This document shows, piece by piece, positions 10,253 through 18,115 of a DNA stretch of 64,000 nt (positions are counted from its first letter, which is position 1; the number at the start of each line of letters is the position of its first letter). The position numbers and the translations under genes are program-made. The notes below the pieces were generated by a model. It was given only the letters and a program-made list of their open reading frames with translations. It ran no database searches and had not been told where the DNA came from. This DNA comes from a candidate division FCPU426 bacterium (lineage in GTDB: Bacteria; Oederibacteriota; Muellerivitia; Muellerivitales; Muellerivitaceae), in contig CAVTWJ010000023.1 of assembly GCA_963738405.1 (NCBI GenBank), forward strand, positions 128,001 through 192,000. The letters run 5' to 3'.

Positions 10253-11571
10253 GGTTTTTTATCCCCCATCCAATCCTGGACCATCTTTTGAATGGGCTCC
10301 TTCAGGTAGTCCGAAGGCACCCGGCCCACCATTTCACCGGCAAAGGCGTAAACCAAAACTTCCCTCGCCTCATTTTTGTCCAGGCCTCGGGAACGAAGAT
10401 AAAACAGGGCTTCCTCATCCAACTGGCCGGTGGCCGAACCGTGGGAGCATTTCACGTCATCGGCGTAAATTTGAAGCTGGGGTTTGGAATAAACCAACGC
10501 GCTGTCGGAAAGCTGAAGGTTTTTATTTGCCTGGCGGGCGTCGGTTTTTTGCGCCCCTTCCCGAACCAAAATACGTCCGTCAAAAATACCCGTGGAATGT
10601 CCGCTCAAGACCTGCTTGAAAAGCTGTTCGCTTTGGCAGGATTCCACCGAGTGGTCCACAAAGGTGCGCGTATCCAGCCGCTGCTTGCCGGAACCCAGGT
10701 TCAAACCCTCGAAAACACACTGGGAATGGGGTCCAACGAGGGCCGTTTCGATTTCACTGCGGCCCAAGGCCCCGCCCAAGGAAAATACCCTGGCGTTCAA
10801 GCGGCTTCCCTGGGCCTGGTGGGCCGCCAAGGAACCTATGTGGTAGCTCAGGGGGCTTTCCTGCTGAATTTTCGTGTGGTCCAAATGGGCGTCTTTTTCT
10901 AAAGCTATCTTGGTCACCGTATTGGTGAAATAGGGGTTCAGGTTGTTGCCCCAATAATGTTCAATCACCGAGGCCGAAGAACCCTCTTCTAATAAAATCA
11001 AATTCCGTATGTGGGACTGGGTCGCCAAGCCGGAATTGCTGGAAAGATAAACCAGGTGAAGAGGCTTTTCTAAATGAACCCCCGGTCCGAGATGGAGAAA
11101 GACTCCGTCAGTGAAAAAAGCGTAATTGAGCGAGACAAAGGGCCTGTTTTCGAATGGAAGAATATGGGCGAAATACCGTTTTAAAGGGCCGTCGGCCAAG
11201 CTTTCAATGAGGCTTCGCACCCTCGCTCCCCGTGGCAAACCGCCGATGGTTGAAAGTTCCAGGTTGAAATGGCCGTTCACGAAAACCATCAAATGGGCCC
11301 GGGCCGTATCGAAACCCTGGGATTCCAGCTCGGCCTTGACCGCGTCTTTCACATGACGTTCTTGGGTCAAGTTAAAGGAAATTTTTAAAAAATCATCCAG
11401 GCTCGTGTGTTTCCAGGATTCGTCTTCCGAGGTGGGAAAACCCGTTTCCCGAAAAGAGGCCAGGGATTTTTCACGGGTGTCCTTCAGCCAGAAGGGGTCC
11501 TTGATCAGGGCCGTTTTTTCCCAATCGGGATAGAGGGAGATGTAATTGTTTTTGGCTTCGAGAGTTTCCAT
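10249..11571 (-). CDS. sufD: Fe-S cluster assembly protein SufD
   Basis: PQLQIYADDVKCSHG, LFYLRSRG. Confidence 0.93.
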   Translation of the reverse strand: METLEAKNNYISLYPDWEKTALIKDPFWLKDTREKSLASFRETGFPTSEDESWKHTSLDDFLKISFNLTQERHVKDAVKAELESQGFDTARAHLMVFVNGHFNLELSTIGGLPRGARVRSLIESLADGPLKRYFAHILPFENRPFVSLNYAFFTDGVFLHLGPGVHLEKPLHLVYLSSNSGLATQSHIRNLILLEEGSSASVIEHYWGNNLNPYFTNTVTKIALEKDAHLDHTKIQQESPLSYHIGSLAAHQAQGSRLNARVFSLGGALGRSEIETALVGPHSQCVFEGLNLGSGKQRLDTRTFVDHSVESCQSEQLFKQVLSGHSTGIFDGRILVREGAQKTDARQANKNLQLSDSALVYSKPQLQIYADDVKCSHGSATGQLDEEALFYLRSRGLDKNEAREVLVYAFAGEMVGRVPSDYLKEPIQKMVQDWMGDKKP

Positions 11572-12332
11572 TACGCTTTCACTTCTTCCTTGGCCTCGGG
11601 AATCCAGCCGTAGCCGCTTTTTTCAAGTTCCAGGGCCAGTTCCTTGCCGCCGGATTTCACGATGCGCCCTTGGGCCAACACATGAATATGATCAGGCACG
11701 ATATATTCCAAGAGGCGCTGGTAATGGGTCACCAACAAAAAGGCCCGGTCCTTGCGGCGCAAGGCGTTTACACCGTCCGCCACTACCTTGAGGGCGTCGA
11801 TATCCAGGCCCGAATCGGTCTCATCCAAAATAGCCAGTTTGGGTTCTAGTACCGCCATTTGAAGCACTTCATTCTTTTTCTTTTCCCCGCCGGAAAAACC
11901 CTCGTTCACCGCGCGAGTCAGCATCGATTCATCCATTTTGAGGGGTTTCAACTTGGCCTTGACCAGTTCCAAAAAATCCATGGCGTCCAATTCTTCCTCG
12001 CCCCTGTTTTTGCGCAGGGCGTTCAAGGCCGCCTTGAGGAAATAGGTGTTGTTCACACCCGGGATTTCGACCGGGTATTGAAAGGCCAAAAAGATGCCCG
12101 CCCGGGCCCGATCTTCAGGCGCCATAGGCAAAAGGTCCTTCCCCTCGAATAAAACCGACCCACCGGTGACTTCATACCCTTCCCGGCCCGCCAGGATGTG
12201 GGCGAGGGTGCTTTTACCGGAACCGTTCGGCCCCATGATGGCATGCACTTCCCCGGCACCAACAGACAAGTTGATGCCCTTGAGGATTTGTTTGTCTTCG
12301 GCTTTAACTTGTAAATTCTTGATTTCTAACAC
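11571..12332 (-). CDS. sufC: Fe-S cluster assembly ATPase SufC
   Basis: GPNGSGKST, FQYPVEIPGV, GFSGGEKK, LDETDSGLD. Confidence 0.97.
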   Translation of the reverse strand: MLEIKNLQVKAEDKQILKGINLSVGAGEVHAIMGPNGSGKSTLAHILAGREGYEVTGGSVLFEGKDLLPMAPEDRARAGIFLAFQYPVEIPGVNNTYFLKAALNALRKNRGEEELDAMDFLELVKAKLKPLKMDESMLTRAVNEGFSGGEKKKNEVLQMAVLEPKLAILDETDSGLDIDALKVVADGVNALRRKDRAFLLVTHYQRLLEYIVPDHIHVLAQGRIVKSGGKELALELEKSGYGWIPEAKEEVKA

Positions 12333-12356
12333 TTGTATCTCCCAATAAAGGTTTTC

Positions 12357-12437
12357 ACCACAAGGGCACCAAGAAAATCTTGAGGGTTTAAATCCAAATC
12401 TTTTTTGCTGTCCTTGGTGACTTGGTGTCTTGGTGGT
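12357..12437. repeat. Family A inverted repeat element, copy 2 (between sufB and sufC)
   Basis: ACCACAAGGGCACCAAG ... CTTGGTGACTTGGTGTCTTGGTGGT. Confidence 0.88.
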
Positions 12438-12452
12438 TAATCGGTTTTTTTC

Positions 12453-13898
12453 TCATCCAACGCTTCCTTCAAGGCTCACAGCCAGCAGTTTTTGGGCTTC
12501 CACCGCGAACTCCATGGGCAGTTTGCGGAAAACTTCCTTGCAGAATCCGTTCACGATCAGGTTCACCGCGTCTTCGGAGGATAGCCCCCTTTGACGGCAG
12601 TAGAAAATCTGATCTTCGCTGATTTTGGATGTGGAAGCCTCATGCCCCACCTTGGCGCTGTTGTTGCGCACGTCGATGTAAGGCACCGTATGGGCCCCGC
12701 ACTCGGAACTCATCAATAGCGAATCGCACTGGGTGTAGTTTTGGGCGCCTTCCGCTTTAGGCATGATCCGCACCAGGCCCCGGTAGGTGTTTTGGCCGTG
12801 GCCGGCCGAGATTCCCTTTGAAATAACGGTACTTTTGGTGTTTTTACCCATGTGGATCATCTTGGTGCCCGTATCGGCCTGTTGGTAGTTATTGGCCACC
12901 GCCACGGAGTAAAACTCGCCCACCGAATTATCGCCCTGCAAAATACAGCTGGGATATTTCCAGGTAATAGCCGACCCGGTTTCTACCTGGGTCCATGAAA
13001 TTTTGGAAGAATCGCCCCGGCAGGCGCCCCGCTTGGTGACGAAGTTGTAAACCCCGCCCTTGCCCTCTTTGTCGCCGGGATACCAGTTTTGGACGGTGGA
13101 ATATTTGATTTCGGCATTGCCCAGCGCGATCAGTTCCACCACCGCCGCGTGTAATTGATTTTCGTCCCGCATGGGGGCCGTACAGCCTTCCAGGTAGCTC
13201 ACATAAGAACCTTCGTCGGCGATGAGGAGAGTACGCTCGAACTGTCCGGTCTTGGCGGCGTTGATGCGGAAGTAGGTGGAAAGTTCCATCGGGCACCGCA
13301 CGCCCTTGGGGATGTAGCAGAAAGACCCGTCGGTGAAGACCGCGCTGTTCAGGGCCGCGTAAAAGTTGTCGTTGTAAGGCACAACCGTTCCTAAATATTT
13401 TTCAATTAGGTCGGGGTGTTCCAGCACCGCCTCGGAGAAAGAGCAAAAGATAACCCCCATTTCGCCGAGTTTCTTTTTAAAGGTTGTGCCTACCGATACG
13501 CTGTCGAATACCGCGTCCACCGCCACCCCTGCCAGCATTTCCCGTTCTTGAAGGGGCACTCCAAGTTTTTCGAAGGTCTTGAGGATTTCCGGGTCCACTT
13601 CGGCCAAGCTCTTGGGACCTTGCTTGGGGGCTGAGTAATAACACATGTCCTGGTAGTTGATGGCGGGGTAATGCACCGAGGCCCACTTGGGTTCTTTCAT
13701 CTTGGTCCAATAGCGGTAGCACTTCAGGCGCCATTGCAAAAGAAAATCAGGCTCTTTCTTCTTGTGCGAAATGAAGCGGATGATTTCTTCGTTTAATCCA
13801 GGGGGGGCCGAATCGGCTTCGATATCGGTGATAAAACCGAATTTATAGTCTTCCTGGGTGACCTGTTCGACTGTTTTATTTTGGGTTTCAGCAGCCAT
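12453..13898 (-). CDS. sufB: Fe-S cluster assembly protein SufB
   Basis: [42 protein letters not shown]. Confidence 0.98.
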   Translation of the reverse strand: MAAETQNKTVEQVTQEDYKFGFITDIEADSAPPGLNEEIIRFISHKKKEPDFLLQWRLKCYRYWTKMKEPKWASVHYPAINYQDMCYYSAPKQGPKSLAEVDPEILKTFEKLGVPLQEREMLAGVAVDAVFDSVSVGTTFKKKLGEMGVIFCSFSEAVLEHPDLIEKYLGTVVPYNDNFYAALNSAVFTDGSFCYIPKGVRCPMELSTYFRINAAKTGQFERTLLIADEGSYVSYLEGCTAPMRDENQLHAAVVELIALGNAEIKYSTVQNWYPGDKEGKGGVYNFVTKRGACRGDSSKISWTQVETGSAITWKYPSCILQGDNSVGEFYSVAVANNYQQADTGTKMIHMGKNTKSTVISKGISAGHGQNTYRGLVRIMPKAEGAQNYTQCDSLLMSSECGAHTVPYIDVRNNSAKVGHEASTSKISEDQIFYCRQRGLSSEDAVNLIVNGFCKEVFRKLPMEFAVEAQKLLAVSLEGSVG

Positions 13899-13907
13899 GG
13901 CTTTTCC

Positions 13908-14474
13908 TTACTTTGTCTGGGTTGTCAGACCCTGTTCTTGGTTCGTAGCTTTAAATCTTCGGTCTTCTTTTAAATCAATGGTTTGGTCGTTCTTGGTGTC
14001 TTCGCGTCTTCGTGGTGGATTTGCCGTTGCTTCCTGAAGATATTTCTGCATTTCAGGTTCGGTTTGAACCAAGTCCGAGAGCTTGCATTTTTTTAGGTAA
14101 CTGGAAACCGACAGATCCAGTCCCATCCAAAGGGAACGAATAGCGCAATCCATGTTATGAATACAGCCCAGGTGGTCACTCGAAGCGGTATCGCAATATT
14201 CTTCCTGGTTGAAGAACTTGCCCGACAGGGCTTCCATGACTTCGTTTACGTTAATTTCCTGGGGAGCGCGGCTGAGCTGGTATCCCCCGCTTTGGCCCCG
14301 AAGGCTCTGAACCAGCCCGGACTTGCGAAGAATACTCATGATTTTGCCCACATAGGCCGGGGTCAAAGCTTCCTTTTGGGCCAATTCCACAATGGTGGTA
14401 TTGCCCTTCAGGCCCTTTTTGGCCATTTGAAGCATGCAACGAAGGCCGTATTCTTCTGTGGATGAGAACTTCAC
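13908..14474 (-). CDS. Rrf2-family (IscR/SufR-like) transcriptional regulator
   Basis: EYGLRCM, wHTH with SLRGQSGGYQL and three Cys (C-x9-C-x5-C); heads the suf operon. Confidence 0.9.
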   Translation of the reverse strand: MKFSSTEEYGLRCMLQMAKKGLKGNTTIVELAQKEALTPAYVGKIMSILRKSGLVQSLRGQSGGYQLSRAPQEINVNEVMEALSGKFFNQEEYCDTASSDHLGCIHNMDCAIRSLWMGLDLSVSSYLKKCKLSDLVQTEPEMQKYLQEATANPPRRREDTKNDQTIDLKEDRRFKATNQEQGLTTQTK

Positions 14475-14498
14475 TTAGTCCCGCCTAAAACCTTGGAT

Positions 14499-14562
14499 TT
14501 GACTTTAATTTGAGCAATCTTGACAAGAAAGTCAAGTATAGGGAAAAAGATGGATATTTCAA
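14499..14562 (-). promoter_or_regulatory. suf operon sigma70 promoter and overlapping Rrf2-type operator
   Basis: Minus strand TTGAAA-16-TATACT (14562-14535). The palindrome CTTGAC-N6-GTCAAG (14519-14536) overlaps the -10/TSS, and an imperfect second copy lies at 14499-14517. Confidence 0.65.
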
Positions 14563-14681
14563 GCATTTTGAACTTTGACGGGTTATTGGGGGATATTCAA
14601 GGGAACTTTCGAATTTAAAACGAAACGGAATCTTAGATCGTTATTTTCCCGTAGAGGATAGGTACATGCTTCGACTCTCCT

Positions 14682-16280
14682 CTAATTCGATTGTGCAATA
14701 GTCCCAAGAATTTCTAAGTTTGGGCAATATGGATCGATCTTCTGTGCAAGATCGATATAATTTTTCGCCTTATCGGGATACCCCAATTTCATCTCGGCCA
14801 AAGCCAAATAACACGCGTAATCGGCTTGATAAGCGGGATAAAAGACATTTTTCATAGCATCTTTCAAAAGGGGCATGGCGATATCGCACTGCCCCATTGC
14901 CACCAAAACCTTACCTCTCGTTCCCTTATAGTGCGGAATCCAGAAACCGTTCCTGAAAGCCTTTTCGGAACCTTCATCCGCAGTTTTCAGCAGATCTTGA
15001 TCCTTCATTCCCAGATAGGCTTCCGAAAGGTCGGCCATCGCTTGGTATTGGGCGACCGGGGTCATGTCACCACTTTCTATAAGTTCTGTATAGAGTCTCC
15101 GTGCTTCCGCGAATTGGGCACTCTTCAATAACCAATAGGCGTAAGACATCATGAATTTCCCCACATTGCGATACTGTGGCAACTTCTCTTCAAAAAATGC
15201 TTTCGCAACCGTAGCATATTTTTTACGGGTCAGCCCACTAAAGGCCGCACTCATGCTGTAACTGCTTGCGAGATTCTGGTCCACCACCGACTGAGACCTG
15301 AAAAATGTGGTCAAGATGGTCATTCCGTCATTCGCATTCTTTTGAGTAATGTAGTCAAGCCGAAGGGGAATGATGTTATAGATAAAGGCTACACCGTTCA
15401 TGATGGCAATCGAACCTAGAAAGACAACGGCCAGATCGAGGGGGATTGATTCTTGACCTATGGATCCAAAACTCAAGGTGGTATATCGCCCGAAAACCAT
15501 TAAGGCCCACCAAGAGGTCAAACAAAGTATCAAATTCATGAGGGGCCCCGCCAAGCTAACCAAGAATTGTTTAGCACGATATTGGTTGGAAGAGGTCGAA
15601 CCGATAAAGGCGGCACCACCGAACGGATATTGATGAACTTGCACGGAGATTCCAAAAATTTTGAACTTGAATAGTGGGGTGCCAAACCCGCATTGGATCC
15701 AATAGACTTCCCAACCTAAAAGTTGGGCCATCCAGGCGTGCCCTAATTCATGAGGAATCACGGAAATAATCCGAGCCAAGATCAACGAGAACATCAAGAA
15801 CATCGGCCAACCCACCGAATCTTGAGGGTGGGCGAGAATGTTATATAGCCCTACGGCACCGAAGAAGAGGTAAACGCTGAGGTAGATATACATTTGTTTG
15901 AAAGCAGTTTTATTGGAACATTCAAAACATATGTATCTGGACCCTGATAAGGGCTTGAAGACCTCTTTCATTTCCGAAATCCGGCCACAAACGGTGCACT
16001 GATAGCTTTCGACACGAGAAAGGATCGGACCGTTCTTTTCGTTACGGATTATATTGAACTTCCCGTCTTGGTTAGTAACGTCAACCAAGGACCCTTCTTT
16101 GACTGATATCTTTTCAGCCAACCACTCTGGTATGACGACATATAAGAAATCCCCTTTTACCGAGGAGGTCGGGGGGGCGATTGGTGCCAATTCCTGACCG
16201 CCCATGCGCAGAGGAATTCGAAGAGTGAGATGACCATCGATGAGCTCGATGGGGCCAACGATGGATATTTCTTTTTCCAT
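14682..16280 (-). CDS. Site-2 protease (M50) family protein with Zn-ribbon and C-terminal TPRs
   Basis: PHELGH, AGPLMN and NDG motifs in a TM region; CxxC-x17-CxxC-like pair; TPR-like C-terminus. Confidence 0.8.
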   Translation of the reverse strand: MEKEISIVGPIELIDGHLTLRIPLRMGGQELAPIAPPTSSVKGDFLYVVIPEWLAEKISVKEGSLVDVTNQDGKFNIIRNEKNGPILSRVESYQCTVCGRISEMKEVFKPLSGSRYICFECSNKTAFKQMYIYLSVYLFFGAVGLYNILAHPQDSVGWPMFLMFSLILARIISVIPHELGHAWMAQLLGWEVYWIQCGFGTPLFKFKIFGISVQVHQYPFGGAAFIGSTSSNQYRAKQFLVSLAGPLMNLILCLTSWWALMVFGRYTTLSFGSIGQESIPLDLAVVFLGSIAIMNGVAFIYNIIPLRLDYITQKNANDGMTILTTFFRSQSVVDQNLASSYSMSAAFSGLTRKKYATVAKAFFEEKLPQYRNVGKFMMSYAYWLLKSAQFAEARRLYTELIESGDMTPVAQYQAMADLSEAYLGMKDQDLLKTADEGSEKAFRNGFWIPHYKGTRGKVLVAMGQCDIAMPLLKDAMKNVFYPAYQADYACYLALAEMKLGYPDKAKNYIDLAQKIDPYCPNLEILGTIAQSN

Positions 16281-16353
16281 AGAACACCTTCTAAATTGGA
16301 AAAACCAAGGGCTAGGCCAACACCCAACACTTTACAAACCACAAATACGAAAC

Positions 16354-17094
16354 CTATTTGTTCAATACCAATTCAGTTTTTCGATAGGACTTGGGCATCT
16401 GATCCCATGTGCGCCCGTCCAACGTCCGGCCGTTTTTCTTTTTCCAAACACCGCCCCACTGCTTGAAGAAAAAGGGAACCTTCGCCTTACGGCATTGTTT
16501 TTGAATATCAAGAACCCATTCCTTCTCCATGGGCCGAGCGCCTGGGCCTGATTCACCCCCGACGATGGCCCAATGAATGCCTTTCAGCTTCAAATTGGGA
16601 ATGGGGCTTAACAATGGTTCCAAAGAAAGAAATTTAATCTTAGCTTTTGTTTTTCTTAGTGAGTCTATGCGGTATGTGAACTTGTCGGATTCCACGCTTA
16701 CGCCCATCCAGATGTTGGGGGTCCATTTGAGGCCGGGACTAAGCATCTCAAGCCGGTCGGCCCTTTTAGTCAGCACTTGGAACTGGTGCCAATGGGCCTG
16801 GTTCATGACTTCAAAAATCTTCTTTACGAACTTTAATGGTATTTCCTGATGGAATAGATCGGACATCGAATTGACGAAAATGGTGCGGGGTTCCTTCCAA
16901 GTTAGTGGGAGGTTCAATCGATCCGGCCAAGTTCTCAAGTCAAAACCCTGCTCGTATGGATGCCCTGGAATACCACGCCACCTTTCGGCGAAACGTTCTG
17001 CATAGCAGTTGGCGCAACCGGCGCTAACCTTGTGGCAACCCGTTACTGGGTTCCAAGTTGAGTTGGTCCATTCGATGGTAGAAACTTCAGCCAC
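16354..17094 (-). CDS. DUF5131 / phage Gp37-Gp68 family protein (three-Cys motif)
   Basis: IEWT..TWNPVTGCHKVSAGCANCYA, FVNSMSDLFH, IVGGESG, PFFFKQWGG. Confidence 0.92.
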   Translation of the reverse strand: MAEVSTIEWTNSTWNPVTGCHKVSAGCANCYAERFAERWRGIPGHPYEQGFDLRTWPDRLNLPLTWKEPRTIFVNSMSDLFHQEIPLKFVKKIFEVMNQAHWHQFQVLTKRADRLEMLSPGLKWTPNIWMGVSVESDKFTYRIDSLRKTKAKIKFLSLEPLLSPIPNLKLKGIHWAIVGGESGPGARPMEKEWVLDIQKQCRKAKVPFFFKQWGGVWKKKNGRTLDGRTWDQMPKSYRKTELVLNK

Positions 17095-17104
17095 TTATTT
17101 CTCC

Positions 17105-17968
17105 TTAAAATTCAAAACCCATTTGTGGGGTTATATTCTTTTTAGTGTCACTCCAAAAACGCTGTCCCAATGGTTTACGACTGAAAAGCATCAAGTGATA
17201 GAGCAGAACGTTTTTTCCTTCAATGGTAACCCTTATGGAATCACTTGGGCCTCCATAACGATAACCAAGTTCTTTCATCTTTTCACAAAAATAATCCAGG
17301 ACAAACAAGGCGAAATCCCTATTTCCCGAGGCTATTACCTTTTCCCATTCCTTGCGCCAGTTTTGATCCCCGAAGAATTCATCTATCAATGGGTCATCCG
17401 GGTCCAAGTAAATATCCTGGTTTCGGCGAGCGTCATAACCAGTAGGTATTAAAACCAAAAAATCAACATACAGTTCAGACAGTCGTTTGATCGTCTTGAA
17501 TTTAATGTCGCTGATGCGAAAAGGATCCACTAAGCAAAACGAAAGACAGGAGCTACCCTTACCAAATTTTGGAATTTCTTCCAAGATTGCTTCAACATTC
17601 TGGTTGACGTCTCCCGTAATGATTTTGAACTTATCCGCATCACAAACCGCCGAAACCCTCTCGGCCAAAGCCGTGTAACATTCCGGATCTTGTTCACAGA
17701 AAATGTATTTATCGAAACGGTGCTCTACCCCCAAAGCTAATAACGGGGAACCGGGTACGATGATTCCCTGTTCCTCAATCTTAGATCGCCCTGCACCTGA
17801 AAAAAGATCAATGTAAACCCGGTTGTCCCACTTGGCTTTCATGCTGGTACTGAAAATTTTCAGGTAATAACTGATCGCTTGATACTTCTTCAAAGAATGG
17901 TCTTTGATCGACGGCGTTAGTAGGCCGTCATCCGCCAGTTGTGGGATTTCAGATGAATGATTTTCCAT
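17105..17968 (-). CDS. tcmP: Three-Cys-motif partner protein TcmP (SAM-methyltransferase-like fold)
   Basis: HSLKK, YIDLFSGAG, GSPL, GDVN, LVDPF; directly upstream of DUF5131. Confidence 0.85.
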   Translation of the reverse strand: MENHSSEIPQLADDGLLTPSIKDHSLKKYQAISYYLKIFSTSMKAKWDNRVYIDLFSGAGRSKIEEQGIIVPGSPLLALGVEHRFDKYIFCEQDPECYTALAERVSAVCDADKFKIITGDVNQNVEAILEEIPKFGKGSSCLSFCLVDPFRISDIKFKTIKRLSELYVDFLVLIPTGYDARRNQDIYLDPDDPLIDEFFGDQNWRKEWEKVIASGNRDFALFVLDYFCEKMKELGYRYGGPSDSIRVTIEGKNVLLYHLMLFSRKPLGQRFWSDTKKNITPQMGFEF

Positions 17969-18115
17969 TGAACCAATTTCCTTAAATAGGTATACACAAG
18001 TATTCTAGCATATAGTGCAGTGCCACCAAAGGCCCTTGGTAGCGTTCATCCTTTTCACCCCGTCCAAACCTGATTTTTGGGGCATACCCTTTGACACTCG
18101 TTTTGTGAACGAGGG

